Source: an uncultured Rickettsiales bacterium
Lineage (GTDB): Bacteria > Pseudomonadota > Alphaproteobacteria > Rickettsiales > UBA1997
Direction: 5' to 3'
Length of the DNA stretch: 64,000 bases
Assembly: GCA_905478165.1 (NCBI GenBank)
Contig: CAJQHK010000010.1
Span: forward strand, 789 to 64,788
A model generated the notes under the pieces. It did not search any database. It was not told where the DNA came from and saw nothing but the letters and a program-made list of their open reading frames with translations. The position numbers and the translations under genes are program-made. How positions within the stretch are numbered: the stretch's first letter is position 1; each line of letters begins with the position of its first letter. Positions 48,218-60,113 of the stretch are shown in pieces.

Positions 48218-50914
48218 TTAGCTAATTTTTCCGTGACAATGTTTATATTTCAAATTACTACCACAAGGACATTTTTGATTTCGTCCAATATTTGACCACT
48301 CACCGAACTTTCCGTCACTTGTTTTTTTAATATTTTTTAACCCTTTGTGAGGTAGTTCTTGGCTATTTGGGGTGGAATTTTTTGTTGATTCTGATAATTG
48401 TGTAAATTTATCTAAAATCTTTTCTTTGCTTGTCTCATCCTGCAATCTAGCATGACATATCCTAATCAAAGACTTTTCCTCGATATTATATATCATATCT
48501 TGGAATAATTCAGCAGATTCTCTCTTATATTCAATAAAAGGATCTTTTCCCGCATAGGCCCTGAGATTAATGTTGTTTCTGATTTTATCAAGAGATAAAA
48601 GGTGGTTTTTCCATTCATAATCCAGTGTCATTAAAAAGATTTGACGCCTCAACTCTTTTTCTATATCCTCGCCATGCTCCTTCTTTTTACTCTCAATAAG
48701 ATTTTCTGACTCTTGGTTAATATAATCTAATATCTCAACATTTGAGACCCCCTCCTTCTTAGATAGTGACTTTATGTCTAATTTTAAATTATAGATTCTT
48801 AAAACCTCCTTCTCAATTGATTCCAGATCCCACTTTTCTAGATAAGATTTTTTTGGTATAGCCTTACCAACAAAATCTTGATTGACGTCATCTATTATTT
48901 TTTTTAAATCTTCCATCAAATCATCTGACTTAATCAGATCCATTCTTCTATTAAAAATCTCCTTTCTTTGATCATTAACTATGTCATCATATTTAATAAG
49001 ATTTTTTCTAATTTCAAAATGATGTGCCTCAACTTTTCTTTGAGCCCTAACTAAAGTCTTGGTAATCCATGGATGAAATATGGCTTCATCATCCTTGAGG
49101 CCAAGTTTTGACAAAATAACCTGCAACTTATCAGAGCCAAAAATTCTCATTAGATCATCTTCCAGAGATAGGTAAAATTTTGATTTACCGATATCTCCTT
49201 GCCTCCCAGATCTACCACGAAGTTGGTTGTCAATTCTTCTACTCTCATGTCTTTCTGTGCCAAGAATATATAACCCCCCCGCTTCAATGGTAATTTTTTT
49301 ATCCTCTGCAATTTTTTGATCAATTAAAGTAATTTTTTCTTGCAACTTGGCTTTTGTAAGTTTTTTTACTTGCAAGTCTTCAATGATGACTTCTCTACTA
49401 CCGCCCAACTTAATATCGGTTCCGCGACCGGCCATATTGGTTGCAATGGTAATTGCACCGGGAATGCCGGCTTGAGAAATAATTTTTGACTCTTCTCTGT
49501 GAAATTTGGCATTTAAAACCTTATGAGGTAATTTTTCTTTTTTCAGTAATTTTGATAATTGTTCAGAATTTTCAATGGTTACTGTTCCAACCAAAATTGG
49601 CTGTTTTTTAGCATGACATTCCTTAATTTCCTCAACTACCGCCTTATATTTTTCAGCCTTAGTTTTGTAGATTTGATCATCGCCATCAATCCTATTGATT
49701 CTTCTGTGAGTTGGGACCTGAATAGTCTTAAGACCGTATATTTCTTCAAATTCAGCCGCCTCAGTTAATGCCGTACCGGTCATTCCAGACAATTTTTCAT
49801 ATAAACGGAAATAATTTTGGAAGGTGATAGATGAAAGGGTTTGATTCTCATTCTTTACTCTCAACCCCTCTTTGGCTTCCAATGCTTGATGTAATCCATC
49901 TGAGAATCTCCTGCCCTCTTGCATTCTACCGGTAAATTCATCTATAATTACTAAATTACCATTTTTTACGATATAGTCGCTATTATTTTTAAATAATTTG
50001 TGGGCTTTTAAGGCTTGATTAAAATGATGCATAATTGACATGTTTTCTACATCAAATAAGCTGGATTCCTTAGATATTAAGTTATTTTCTTTTAATATAG
50101 ATTCTGCATATTCAGATCCAGAGTCAGTTAAAAAAATATGACGAGATTTCTCTTCAATTTCATAGCCAGTAACAGGCAATTCCGGTATCAACTTATTAAC
50201 CTTTGCATATGAGTCAGAATTGTCGTTAGTGGGACCAGAAATAACTAATGGACTCCTTGACTCGTCAATTAAAATTGAATCTACTTCATCAATAATAGCA
50301 AAATGACGACCATTTGTCACTATGTCATCAAGAGAAAATTTCATGTTATCTCTTAAGTAATCAAACCCAAGTTCATTATTGGTAGCGTAGACAACGTCAC
50401 ATTGATAGGCTTTCTTACGCTCTTCATCTTCAATATCACCAGTTATACAGCCAACGCTCATGCCTAAAAACTCATAAATTTTACCCATCCAAGCTGAATC
50501 TCTTTTGGCCAAATAGTCATTTACGGTAACGATGTGAACAGACTTTCCAGAAATGGCATTAAGGTATGCGGGCAAGGTTGAAACCAAAGTCTTACCTTCG
50601 CCTGTTTTCATTTCCGATATCTTCCCTTGATGTAGAATAATACCACCAATGAGTTGAACATCAAAATGACGCATATTAAGAACCCTTTTACCAGCTTCAC
50701 GAACTACAGCAAAAGCCTCTGGCAAAATTTTATCTAGTGTCTTACCGTTTTTAAACTCACCCCTAAAGAATTCTGTCTTTTTTTTCAAATCATCGTCAGA
50801 TAATTTGGATATTTCCTCTTCAAATAAGTTAATTTTATTAATTTCTAAATTAAAGGATTTAATGATTCGGTCATTAGCTGATCCAAAAATCTTTGTTAAA
50901 ATAAAGTTAAGCAT
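48218..50914 (-). CDS. secA: preprotein translocase ATPase SecA
   Basis: 898 aa with DEAD-like motor motifs and a C-terminal zinc finger, [14 protein letters not shown]. Confidence 0.97.
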   Translation of the reverse strand: MLNFILTKIFGSANDRIIKSFNLEINKINLFEEEISKLSDDDLKKKTEFFRGEFKNGKTLDKILPEAFAVVREAGKRVLNMRHFDVQLIGGIILHQGKISEMKTGEGKTLVSTLPAYLNAISGKSVHIVTVNDYLAKRDSAWMGKIYEFLGMSVGCITGDIEDEERKKAYQCDVVYATNNELGFDYLRDNMKFSLDDIVTNGRHFAIIDEVDSILIDESRSPLVISGPTNDNSDSYAKVNKLIPELPVTGYEIEEKSRHIFLTDSGSEYAESILKENNLISKESSLFDVENMSIMHHFNQALKAHKLFKNNSDYIVKNGNLVIIDEFTGRMQEGRRFSDGLHQALEAKEGLRVKNENQTLSSITFQNYFRLYEKLSGMTGTALTEAAEFEEIYGLKTIQVPTHRRINRIDGDDQIYKTKAEKYKAVVEEIKECHAKKQPILVGTVTIENSEQLSKLLKKEKLPHKVLNAKFHREESKIISQAGIPGAITIATNMAGRGTDIKLGGSREVIIEDLQVKKLTKAKLQEKITLIDQKIAEDKKITIEAGGLYILGTERHESRRIDNQLRGRSGRQGDIGKSKFYLSLEDDLMRIFGSDKLQVILSKLGLKDDEAIFHPWITKTLVRAQRKVEAHHFEIRKNLIKYDDIVNDQRKEIFNRRMDLIKSDDLMEDLKKIIDDVNQDFVGKAIPKKSYLEKWDLESIEKEVLRIYNLKLDIKSLSKKEGVSNVEILDYINQESENLIESKKKEHGEDIEKELRRQIFLMTLDYEWKNHLLSLDKIRNNINLRAYAGKDPFIEYKRESAELFQDMIYNIEEKSLIRICHARLQDETSKEKILDKFTQLSESTKNSTPNSQELPHKGLKNIKKTSDGKFGEWSNIGRNQKCPCGSNLKYKHCHGKIS

Positions 50915-50966
50915 ATTTATAATTTATAACTTAGTTGAGGAATCTCTAAAAAACCCAGTAATATCA

Positions 50967-51020
50967 AAGCCTATCTTCGTATAATACCAAAGTTTACCTA
51001 TAATGCAACATTTATGCTTC
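50967..51020 (-). repeat. Family D repeat, copy D3
   Basis: The reverse complement gaagcataaatgttgcattataggtaaactttggtattatacgaagatag matches D2. Confidence 0.65.
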
Positions 51021-51048
51021 TTATTTTTGGCCAAAAATTATCATAAAA

Positions 51049-51089
51049 TTTACCTAAATGTCGTATTACAGATGAACCTTAATATAATG
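51049..51089 (+). repeat. Family D repeat, copy D4 (diverged, inverted relative to D3)
   Basis: tttacctaaatgtcgtattacagatgaaccttaatataatg. Confidence 0.5.
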
Positions 51090-51188
51090 TAATTTTAAAT
51101 CCTGCTTTTACTATATTTAGACAGAATAAGGGCTGCCTTACAACACTTAAACCTTGTCACCAATGTTTTAAGGTATGTAGTTTAGTAA

Positions 51189-52373
51189 TTAAGAATTATT
51201 TTGTAACTTTTTATTGCCCATATAAATCAATACAGACCCGATAATTGCTGAAACAGCTGAGGCAACCATAACCCCAATTCTAACCTTATTTAAGGTCTCT
51301 GGGTCAGTAAAAGCTAAATTACCAATAAATAAACTCATGGTAAATCCGATGCCGGTCAAAAGTGCAACGCCATAAAATTGTAAAACATTGGCCCCCTTAA
51401 AAAAATAAGCAATTTTTAACTTATTAACTAAAACAACCGCCGCAACTACCCCAACCTGCTTACCAACAAAAAGACCAAGAATTATTCCTGCAACCAAAGG
51501 ATCTAATAAAATATCAAACGAAATACCATCAAAAACTATTCCAGCACTAGCAAAGGCAAAGATTGGTAAGACAACGTAATTTACCGGCTTATGAAGGATG
51601 CCTTCAAGAAGATAAAGTGGAGCAATATTTTTACCCCCATGTTTTGGCTTACAAGGCAAAAACATCGCCAAAGTAACTCCAGCAATAGTTGCGTGAACTC
51701 CAGACTTCAAAATAAAGACCCATAAAATTGAACCTAAAATCAAATAGGGTATAGTACTGCTAATCTGCTTGCGATTTAAAATAAATAATAATAGAAAAAC
51801 AACCAATGAAAGCTCAATATATTTTACCGATATACTGTCGCTATAAAAAATTGCGATAATTAAAATTGCAACCAAATCATCTATTACCGCAAGGGCAACT
51901 AAAAATACTTTTAAAGATTTTGGCACTCTATTACCAAAAAGATTTAAAACGCCAATAGCAAAAGCAATATCAGTTGCGGTTGGAATAGCCCAACCCCTCA
52001 TATTACCTTCAAAACCATTATTTATGTAAGCAAAGATTAGGGCGGGACCAACAATACCACCAACAGCTGCAATCAGTGGCTTAATAATTGCTGAGCGGTT
52101 AGATAATTCGCCATTAATAATTTCATGCTTTAATTCTATACCTATAAGAAAAAAAAATATTGCCATCAAGGCGTCATCAACCCACAGTTTGACCGTCATT
52201 TCTTTAAATATACCAATAAAAGAAAGATTTAAATTTAATTTTGTATCAAAAAATGATTCATAATATGGTCTAAGCGGCGAATTAACAAAAACCATCGCCA
52301 GAACGGCAAATAACAATAAAATAACTCCACTAGAAGATTCGGATTTGAAAAAATTCTTTATTAATACCTTCAT
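51189..52373 (-). CDS. nhaA: Na+/H+ antiporter NhaA
   Basis: 394 aa with WAIPTATDIAFAIGV and VIDDLVAIL motifs. Confidence 0.9.
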   Translation of the reverse strand: MKVLIKNFFKSESSSGVILLLFAVLAMVFVNSPLRPYYESFFDTKLNLNLSFIGIFKEMTVKLWVDDALMAIFFFLIGIELKHEIINGELSNRSAIIKPLIAAVGGIVGPALIFAYINNGFEGNMRGWAIPTATDIAFAIGVLNLFGNRVPKSLKVFLVALAVIDDLVAILIIAIFYSDSISVKYIELSLVVFLLLFILNRKQISSTIPYLILGSILWVFILKSGVHATIAGVTLAMFLPCKPKHGGKNIAPLYLLEGILHKPVNYVVLPIFAFASAGIVFDGISFDILLDPLVAGIILGLFVGKQVGVVAAVVLVNKLKIAYFFKGANVLQFYGVALLTGIGFTMSLFIGNLAFTDPETLNKVRIGVMVASAVSAIIGSVLIYMGNKKLQNNS

Positions 52374-52619
52374 TTAAAATAAATTTATTACAACAATGAG
52401 TTTTACAATACCATCTTTAACTTTTAATGCTAAAAGAGGTGCTTTACTAAAACTACGAACAAGAACTATAATTTATTAAAATATAATTGCAATTAACAAA
52501 ATAATAACAAATATTATCCATAATATATAGGGGTTAATGATGTCGAGACCAAGCTTCAAAACTATGTTAAAAAAAACTCCGCATCATTGACTTAACATTA
52601 TCTTTTGCCACTTCCAATC

Positions 52620-54155
52620 TTAAAACTTCAAAATAAAATCTACCTTACCACCCCGACTCAAATCAATTTTTTTAAGCAATCTACCATTCTTATCTATAAT
52701 CGCTGTAATTCCAGAATTCGCCACTCTAATAACAGGCATCTGATTTTCAATAGCCCGCATTCTGGCCATATTTAAATGCTGATAGGGTCCAGAACTCTTT
52801 CCAAACCAAGCATCATTAGTAATATTAATTATAAAATCAGGTTTTGTATTCTTATCAATCACTTTCCACGGAAAGATAATTTCATAACAAATTAAGGGGC
52901 TAAAAGATATGTTACTACCAAGATTAATTGTTTTATTACCCTTACCCGAGCTAAAATCTAAGGAGCCATAAGTAATTTTTGACAAAAATGGTAAAAATTG
53001 TGACAAAGGGATATACTCTCCAAATGGCACTAAATGAGATTTATCATAAAAATTAGTAATTTTAGCATTATGATCTATGATGAAGATCGAATTCCAAATT
53101 TGTTTTATCTTGTTATTTGTATCATATTGGGCTCTCATAGCCCCAGTAATTAACAAGGAATCTTTTGGAATTATTTCTGCCATCTCATTTAATAAAAACT
53201 CTCTATCATCCTTTAAAATATATGGTACTGCAGCTTCTGACCAAATAATATAGTCTGGTTTTTGTCCAGATTTTTCCATAAAATCTCCTTTAGAATATTC
53301 AATATTTTTTACAAAAGAATTATACCTTTCTTCCTGACTCCACTTATCTATTTGCTTGGTATTTGGCTGGATGAGTCGAACTTTGATAGATTTTTTTACC
53401 GAGTTTTGTTCGTAACTCATCTGAACATAGCCGAAAATAATAAGAAAAACCATTAAGGTTAGGCAGAGCGCTAAATAAATAATATTTTTAATATTTTTGA
53501 GATTGTTTTGGTAAAAAAAATAGGGAATTGTAAAAAATATTAAGGAAATAAAAGTAAGACCATAGATGCTTATTTTTGAAGCAATTTGGGGAATAATATC
53601 CCAAAAAAACAAGCTATAACCCAATAGGTTCCAGGGTAAACCACTAAATAAAAGCGATCTTAATATTTCAAAAAATACCCAAATAGAGGAGAATAATAAA
53701 ATCTTTACAATTTTATTATCCAATCGTAATTGATTAGAAATTTTACAATAAAAAAAACAGCATAATGCTGTATATATCGCAAGTGCAGCGGGGATTAAAG
53801 AGATAGAAAAGGGTAATAACCACCAAAAACGAGAAATATCAACAAAAAGAGAGATTGAAATCCAATAAAGACCAGCCGAGAAATGTCCAAAAGCAAAAAT
53901 CCAACCCAAATAAAAAGCTTTCCTTGGACTTTCCTTATCAACCAAAATAAGAAGAATAGAAAAGGTAACAAACCCTATGGGTAGAAAATTTACCGGAGCA
54001 AACATAGTGGCCGACAATAAACCTAAAATAAATAGACTAGTTTTTTTATAGGTAAGAATAAGGTTCATAAAATATAGAGTTAGGGACAGGATTTGATGAG
54101 ATATAATAGGTTTCTTTGAGAGTTCTTTTGGAGAGATAGCGTCTCCGGAACCCAT
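52620..54155 (-). CDS. lnt: apolipoprotein N-acyltransferase
   Basis: It has an N-terminal polytopic domain and a C-terminal nitrilase-like domain with the catalytic Cys in LICYEIIFP. The likely true start is the Met at about 54068 (MNLILTYKK). Confidence 0.85.
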   Translation of the reverse strand: MGSGDAISPKELSKKPIISHQILSLTLYFMNLILTYKKTSLFILGLLSATMFAPVNFLPIGFVTFSILLILVDKESPRKAFYLGWIFAFGHFSAGLYWISISLFVDISRFWWLLPFSISLIPAALAIYTALCCFFYCKISNQLRLDNKIVKILLFSSIWVFFEILRSLLFSGLPWNLLGYSLFFWDIIPQIASKISIYGLTFISLIFFTIPYFFYQNNLKNIKNIIYLALCLTLMVFLIIFGYVQMSYEQNSVKKSIKVRLIQPNTKQIDKWSQEERYNSFVKNIEYSKGDFMEKSGQKPDYIIWSEAAVPYILKDDREFLLNEMAEIIPKDSLLITGAMRAQYDTNNKIKQIWNSIFIIDHNAKITNFYDKSHLVPFGEYIPLSQFLPFLSKITYGSLDFSSGKGNKTINLGSNISFSPLICYEIIFPWKVIDKNTKPDFIINITNDAWFGKSSGPYQHLNMARMRAIENQMPVIRVANSGITAIIDKNGRLLKKIDLSRGGKVDFILKF

Positions 54156-54455
54156 AATCTCCTTTAGGTACTGATGAAGCCTATAATTTTTTTGATTCCA
54201 GAGTAGTTCTTAATAATAAATTACAATTTTTAAAAAATTAAAACAATGAATAAATTTTATTTCATGGTGAGAATTTTTCACAACTGATTTAATAGCATTT
54301 TACTTAAGAGCCTCAAAGAAATAGTTAACACTTGTATCAAAAAAATTTAGTTTTGGAATTTTTGAAAAAAGATTATTAACTATTCAGTTTAAATGCTGTG
54401 TACCCTAATTTTAGACCTTATTGCAACAAAAATATTTTACGAGAGTTTTGATATC

Positions 54456-54487
54456 AAAATTCGTGCAAAATAACTTGCACGAATTTT
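54456..54487 (-). terminator. candidate intrinsic terminator downstream of fusA
   Basis: A perfect 13-bp inverted repeat, aaaattcgtgcaa-N6-ttgcacgaatttt, lies 31 nt after the fusA stop. The distal stem side supplies the U-run. Confidence 0.5.
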
Positions 54488-54517
54488 GGTGATGCGATAG
54501 ATCCTCGTGTAAAATTC

Positions 54518-56611
54518 CTAAGATCTTTCGGCTTTAATTTCTTCAGCAACTGAGTCAGGAACAATGCTATAAGAATCAAATACCATGGTATATTGAGCCC
54601 TACCCTGAGATAATGATCTTAGATTATTAACATAACCAAACATTTGTCCCAAAGGAACTTTGGCAGTAATAACTTGCACATTATCTCGAGCTTCTAAATT
54701 AGAAATTTGACCCCTTCTAGAACTAATATCGCCAATTACATCTCCCATATATTCTTCCGGAGTGATAACTTCAACCTTCATTAAAGGCTCTAAAAGAGCG
54801 GGATTAGATTGCGCCATAGCCTCTCTAAAAGCAGCCCTGGCGGCAATTTCAAAAGCCAAGACACTTGAATCGACATCATGATAAGCGCCATCAACTAGAG
54901 TAGCTTTGATTTTTACTACAGGAAATCCTGCTAAAATACCATTTTGCTTGGCATAAATTACACCTTTTTCTACTCCCGGAATATACTCTTTAGGAACTCT
55001 ACCACCAACAACCTTACTTTCAAACTCATAATCTTTAGATTCCTCTTCATTATCCTCGTTGCTAATAATTGGCTCGAAAATCATGCTAATCTTAGCGAAT
55101 TGACCGGCACCACCAGATTGCTTTTTATGAACATACTCAACCTTGACTAACTTAGTAAACGTCTCTCTGTAAGCAACTTTTGGCTTACCAATATTAGCCT
55201 CAACTTTGAACTCTCTTTGCATTCTGTCAATAATAATTTCCAGATGTAATTCACCCATACCCTTAAGGATTGTTTGTCCAGATTCTTCGTCACTTTCAAT
55301 ACGTAATGACGGATCTTCAGAAGCTAATCTACCAAGAGCAATACTCATTTTTTCTTGATCAGCAGTTGATTTTGGCTCAACAGAAACTTCAATTACCGGT
55401 TCAGGAAATTCCATTTTTTCTAGAACAATTTTATTGTCCGTATCTACCAAAGTCTCACCAGTTGTAGTGTTCTTTAAGCCAGCAATGGCAATAATATCGC
55501 CAGAATGAGCAATTTTAATGTCTTCACGATTATTGGCGTGCATTAAAAGCATTCTACCAACTCTCTCTTTAGAATTTTTAATTGTGTTTACCACTCCAGT
55601 ACCACTCTCTAAAGTACCAGAATAAATTCTGACAAAAGTCAGTGAACCAACAAATGGATCCGTCATGATTTTAAATGCTAGGCCAGAAAATAATTTATCA
55701 TCATATCTAATTTGAACTTCTTCATCAGAATTTAGCTTTGTTGCGACCACAAACTCAATATCAACCGGACTTGGAAGATAATCAACAACTGCATCAAGTA
55801 AAGTTTGTACGCCTTTATTTTTAAAAGCTGTACCATTTACAACTGGAACAAAATCGCCAGCAATAGTACCTTTTCTAATACATTTTTTTAATTCTTCTTC
55901 AGAAGGCTCTTCACCACCAAGATATTTTTCCATAATTTCATCATCCTGATCAACTACAGCTTCAATTAAAATACCTCTATATTCTTCAGCTTGCGCTTGC
56001 AAATCAGCAGGGATATCTTTTAAGGCATAATCAGCACCCATTGATTCATCCTCCCAAACTACTGCTTTCATTTTAAGAAGGTCAATTAAACCGCCATACT
56101 CAGCACCATCACCAATTGGAAGTTGTAATATTAATGGATTAGCGGCAAGTCTTTTTTTGAACATTTCAACGCATCTCCAAAAATTTGCACCAGTTCTGTC
56201 CATTTTATTGACAAAACACATTCTGGGAACCTTGTATTTGTTAGCTTGTCTCCACACAGTTTCAGATTGCGGCTCAACACCAGCGACAGCGTCAAAAACA
56301 GCAACTGCACCATCAAGAACTCTTAAAGACCTTTCAACTTCAATGGTAAAATCAACGTGACCTGGGGTGTCAATGATATTAATTCTGTGATCTTTCCAGA
56401 AACAAGTTGTAGCAGCAGAAGTAATTGTAATGCCCCTTTCCTGCTCTTGCTCCATCCAATCCATTGTAGCGTCACCCTCGTGTACTTCACCAATTTTATG
56501 GGACTTACCAGTGTAGAATAAAACTCTCTCAGTTGTTGTGGTTTTACCAGCATCAATATGGGCCATAATCCCAATATTACGATATTTTTCAATAGCTACT
56601 TTTCTCGACAT
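54518..56611 (-). CDS. fusA: translation elongation factor G
   Basis: 697 aa with the AHIDAGKTT and DTPGHVDF G-domain motifs. The sequence is very highly conserved. Confidence 0.97.
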   Translation of the reverse strand: MSRKVAIEKYRNIGIMAHIDAGKTTTTERVLFYTGKSHKIGEVHEGDATMDWMEQEQERGITITSAATTCFWKDHRINIIDTPGHVDFTIEVERSLRVLDGAVAVFDAVAGVEPQSETVWRQANKYKVPRMCFVNKMDRTGANFWRCVEMFKKRLAANPLILQLPIGDGAEYGGLIDLLKMKAVVWEDESMGADYALKDIPADLQAQAEEYRGILIEAVVDQDDEIMEKYLGGEEPSEEELKKCIRKGTIAGDFVPVVNGTAFKNKGVQTLLDAVVDYLPSPVDIEFVVATKLNSDEEVQIRYDDKLFSGLAFKIMTDPFVGSLTFVRIYSGTLESGTGVVNTIKNSKERVGRMLLMHANNREDIKIAHSGDIIAIAGLKNTTTGETLVDTDNKIVLEKMEFPEPVIEVSVEPKSTADQEKMSIALGRLASEDPSLRIESDEESGQTILKGMGELHLEIIIDRMQREFKVEANIGKPKVAYRETFTKLVKVEYVHKKQSGGAGQFAKISMIFEPIISNEDNEEESKDYEFESKVVGGRVPKEYIPGVEKGVIYAKQNGILAGFPVVKIKATLVDGAYHDVDSSVLAFEIAARAAFREAMAQSNPALLEPLMKVEVITPEEYMGDVIGDISSRRGQISNLEARDNVQVITAKVPLGQMFGYVNNLRSLSQGRAQYTMVFDSYSIVPDSVAEEIKAERS

Positions 56612-56834
56612 TTATTCAAATAATTAACTTCATATTTTTAAGACCCACACGGAGACCTAAAACAAATTTTAAACTAAAAAAATAAAGGATGATATTAAAT
56701 TTACAAGGTTAATTAATTAATGAAATATTTTTAAAAATTACATGCCCTTAAGAGTGTATAATTTTTAAAAACCTAAACAGGAATTGATAAATTTAAAAGC
56801 GCCATTATTATATAGTAGTATGGAGTTAGAATAT

Positions 56835-56949
56835 CCACAAAAAATTTTTATTCTTTTAAGTTGAGAAGCCCATCTCACTTAAAATAAGTGAGTGTCACAA
56901 AGTTAAAAAATAGAACAATATCAAAAGAAAGATTTTAGATTCCATATGG
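56835..56949 (-). repeat. Family C repeat, copy C2
   Basis: The reverse complement aligns with 4499-4603. It contains a perfect hairpin, ctcactta-ttt-taagtgag. Confidence 0.7.
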
Positions 56950-56983
56950 CATCACAAAGAATCTCAACATGTATTTTAAATAG

Positions 56984-58219
56984 ATGATAAATTTTCAATC
57001 TTCATTTTTACGAACTCTAAAAAATCGTAATTTTATTAATCAAGCAACTAATTTAGATGTCTTGGACAAAAAACTATCTGAGAATAAAATTACCGCCTAT
57101 ATTGGCTTTGATTGTACAGCAAAATCTCTTCATATTGGGAGTTTAATTCAAATCATGATGCTTCGCTTATTGCAGCAAAATGGTCATCAACCAATTATTT
57201 TACTTGGTGGCGGTACGACTAAAATTGGCGACCCTTCAGGGAAAGACAAGGCTAGGCAAATTTTAAGCGAAGAAAATATCAATACCAACCTAGAGGGAAT
57301 TAAAAAATCTTTAGAAAAGTTTGATTTATCAAGAGAAAATCCAAGCTTACCAAAGTTTCAGTTTGTTAATAATGAAGAATGGTTAAGTGGATTAAATTAC
57401 ATAGAATTTTTACGCGATATTGGTTATCAATTTTCAATAAATAAAATGCTAACTTTTGAATCGGTTAAAAATCGTCTTGATCGTGAGCAAAATCTTAGCT
57501 TTCTAGAGTTTAATTATCTTATTTTACAATCCTATGATTTCTTAGAATTAAATAAGAGATTCGGTTGCAATCTACAAATTGGCGGCTCTGATCAGTGGGG
57601 CAATATTGTTAGTGGCGTTGACCTTGTTAGAAGAGCTGCTTCCAAAAACGGTAAAAATGAAGAGGTTTTTGGCCTAACTTCGCCCCTTCTTTTAAATTCC
57701 GAAGGTAAGAAAATGGGAAAAACTGCTGATGGCGCAGTTTGGCTTGATGCAGACATGTTGAATCCTTTTGAATATTTTCAATATTTTAGAAATGTTAAGG
57801 ATGAGGATATTACTCGTCTATTATTTTATTTTACCGAGCTTTCTGAAGAAAAAATTACTGAATATCAAAAATTAGAAGGTCAGGGATTAAATAAAATTAA
57901 AGAAATTTTAGCTTTTGAGGCCACAAAAATTTGCCATGGAGAAAAAGTTGCCGAAAATTGCCTAAAAAAAGCTCAAGAAATTTTTCTTAATAAAAATGAA
58001 GAGGCTTTTAAGGAATTACAAACTCCCAAGGATTCGAAATTAATTGAGGCTATGATTTTATCCGAGTCGGCGCCATCAAAATCGCAGGCTAGAAAATTAA
58101 TTTCATCAGGTGCGGTAAGAATTAATAAGGAAAAAATCTCTGACGAGAATTATATTTTTAAAGGGGGAGAAACTTTTTCAGTAGGTAAAAAGAAATTTTT
58201 TAAAATAATATCATCTTAA
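56984..58219 (+). CDS. tyrS: tyrosine--tRNA ligase
   Basis: 411 aa with HIGS (HIGH variant), KMGKT (KMSKS variant) and a C-terminal S4-like domain. Confidence 0.93.
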   Translation: MINFQSSFLRTLKNRNFINQATNLDVLDKKLSENKITAYIGFDCTAKSLHIGSLIQIMMLRLLQQNGHQPIILLGGGTTKIGDPSGKDKARQILSEENINTNLEGIKKSLEKFDLSRENPSLPKFQFVNNEEWLSGLNYIEFLRDIGYQFSINKMLTFESVKNRLDREQNLSFLEFNYLILQSYDFLELNKRFGCNLQIGGSDQWGNIVSGVDLVRRAASKNGKNEEVFGLTSPLLLNSEGKKMGKTADGAVWLDADMLNPFEYFQYFRNVKDEDITRLLFYFTELSEEKITEYQKLEGQGLNKIKEILAFEATKICHGEKVAENCLKKAQEIFLNKNEEAFKELQTPKDSKLIEAMILSESAPSKSQARKLISSGAVRINKEKISDENYIFKGGETFSVGKKKFFKIISS

Positions 58220-58375
58220 CTTTATAATTGACCATTTAGGTCAAAATAATTTTAGGAAAAAAATTAATAATAAAATCAACGGCATGTCGGAATATAAGGT
58301 TAGATTTTATTGATAATTTCTAACCTAAAAGATGAAGGCGTGAATGGTATAAATAGCAATCTTTAATAGGTAAAT

Positions 58376-59170
58376 ATGATCGATACATTTTTAATAGACA
58401 GCCATTGTCATTTAGACTTATTAGAGGAAAAAGGTTTAAATGTAAGGGAATTAGTCGATTCTGCTAAAGCAAAAAATGTCAGATATATTCAGACAATTTG
58501 TACTAAAATTACCGAATTTGACAAGATTTATTCTTATGCAGAAAAATTTGACAATGTTTTTGCCTCAATTGGCATTCATCCTTGTAATGTGCATGATCAG
58601 CCAAAAATTAATATTGAAGAAACTATTAATATTTGTCAAAAAAAACCAAAATTAATTGGCATTGGCGAAACTGGCCTTGATTATTTTCATGATCAATCAA
58701 CAAAAAATAGCCAAATTAATTCCTTTCTAAAACATATCGAAATTGCTAGAAAAACAGGTTTAGTTTTGATAATTCATTCTCGCGATGCCGATGCTGATAT
58801 GGCAGATATTTTAGAAAAAGAAATGAAAAAAGGAGAATTTAAGGCATTAATGCATTGTTTTTCTAGCTCTGAAGAGTTAGCCAAAAAAGCCTTAGACTTA
58901 AATATTTCAATTTCAATTTCAGGTATTGTTACCTTTAAAAATGCTGTGGATTTACAAAATATTGTTAAAATAATCCCAACAGATAAAATTTTAGTTGAAA
59001 CTGACGCACCTTATTTAGCACCAACACCATATCGTGGAAAAATCAATAAACCAGAATTTACATATGAAACAGCAAGTTTTATTGCTCAATTAAAAGGGAT
59101 TGACGAAGAGGAACTCTTCAGAATAACAACGGATAATTTTTGTAAATTATTTAACAAGGCTACTCTTTAA
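58376..59170 (+). CDS. tatD: TatD family metal-dependent hydrolase/DNase
   Basis: 264 aa with N-terminal IDSHCHL and a TIM-barrel amidohydrolase pattern. Confidence 0.85.
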   Translation: MIDTFLIDSHCHLDLLEEKGLNVRELVDSAKAKNVRYIQTICTKITEFDKIYSYAEKFDNVFASIGIHPCNVHDQPKINIEETINICQKKPKLIGIGETGLDYFHDQSTKNSQINSFLKHIEIARKTGLVLIIHSRDADADMADILEKEMKKGEFKALMHCFSSSEELAKKALDLNISISISGIVTFKNAVDLQNIVKIIPTDKILVETDAPYLAPTPYRGKINKPEFTYETASFIAQLKGIDEEELFRITTDNFCKLFNKATL

Positions 59171-59190
59171 AAAGAAGATTTTAGGTCCCC

Positions 59191-60030
59191 CTAAAACAAT
59201 ATCAGACTTATTATTGCGCCATTAAGAACATTGTTTTTAAAAATTATTAGACATTGCTTTTTGTCATTAATGCCCCACCCGTTAATTTGCCAAAGAAAGA
59301 ATAATAGGTACAAAAAGATTATTACAAAACTACCATTAGAAAAGTTATTTATTGTGGCAATTATTGTTAGAAGAGTCATTTTTATTAAACCCAAAATAGT
59401 TAAGATTAACTTGGGATTTTTAGAGAATTTTATGGCGGTGGATTTTATGCCAATTTTTTGATCATCTTCAATATCAGCAAAAGCATAGATGGTATCATAG
59501 ATTATAGTCCAAATTACCGCAGCTAAATAAAGTAAAATAATAGAAATATTAATTTGGTTAGTAATAGCGCTATAGCTCATTAAAACCGAAAAATTAAAAG
59601 TAATACCTAAGATAAATTGTGGAAAATAAGTAAATCTTTTACAAAAAGGATATAATATAACAAAAAACAGAGCAAAAAAACCTAAAAAAATGGTTAATTT
59701 GTTAAATTGTAATAAAATTATTAGACCAATTAATAATAAAAATCCTAAAAATATTATTGCTTGTTTAACAGAAATTTGACCTGAGGTTATTGGGCGATTT
59801 TTGGTTCTGGCAACTTTTTTGTCAAAATTACGATCAGCAATATCATTAATAATACAACCGGCAGATCGCATAATAAAAGAGCCAATAAAAAATAAGATTG
59901 TAATTTTAAAAATTTCAAGATCAAAATACTGATTTCTAAGTGCAAAAACTATACCAAAAGAGCTAGATAAGAATAGCAAAAAAAAGCCAATTGGTTGATA
60001 AAATCTTATTAATTCTAGGTATTTTTTCAT
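59191..60030 (-). CDS. ubiA: 4-hydroxybenzoate polyprenyltransferase
   Basis: 279-aa polytopic protein with NDIADRNFDKKVARTKNRPITSG (UbiA motif). Confidence 0.85.
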   Translation of the reverse strand: MKKYLELIRFYQPIGFFLLFLSSSFGIVFALRNQYFDLEIFKITILFFIGSFIMRSAGCIINDIADRNFDKKVARTKNRPITSGQISVKQAIIFLGFLLLIGLIILLQFNKLTIFLGFFALFFVILYPFCKRFTYFPQFILGITFNFSVLMSYSAITNQINISIILLYLAAVIWTIIYDTIYAFADIEDDQKIGIKSTAIKFSKNPKLILTILGLIKMTLLTIIATINNFSNGSFVIIFLYLLFFLWQINGWGINDKKQCLIIFKNNVLNGAIISLILF

Positions 60031-60113
60031 TATTTAATTTATTTTTTATAATTTTATGTAAAAATCTTGGAATGTTGAATATTTTATTAATTTAATTTTT
60101 TGCTAATTTTTAT

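Noticed and set aside
30166-56592. Nested ORFs inside carB (30166-30411, 30696-30914, 31243-31521), carA (31933-32124, 32588-32806), uvrD (35285-35548, 35454-35654), the MGNC gene (37918-38109), the AsmA-like gene (40807-41007, 41137-41352), argB (43667-43948), rpoD (46921-47190, 47446-47862), secA (49559-49768), lnt (53262-53456), fusA (five ORFs between 54944 and 56592) and ubiA (59231-59461). The ubiA ORF lies just outside the coordinate span given.
   Set aside because: Same reasoning. They overlap well-supported genes, are often Ser/Leu/Ile-rich antisense translations, and show no start context or motifs.
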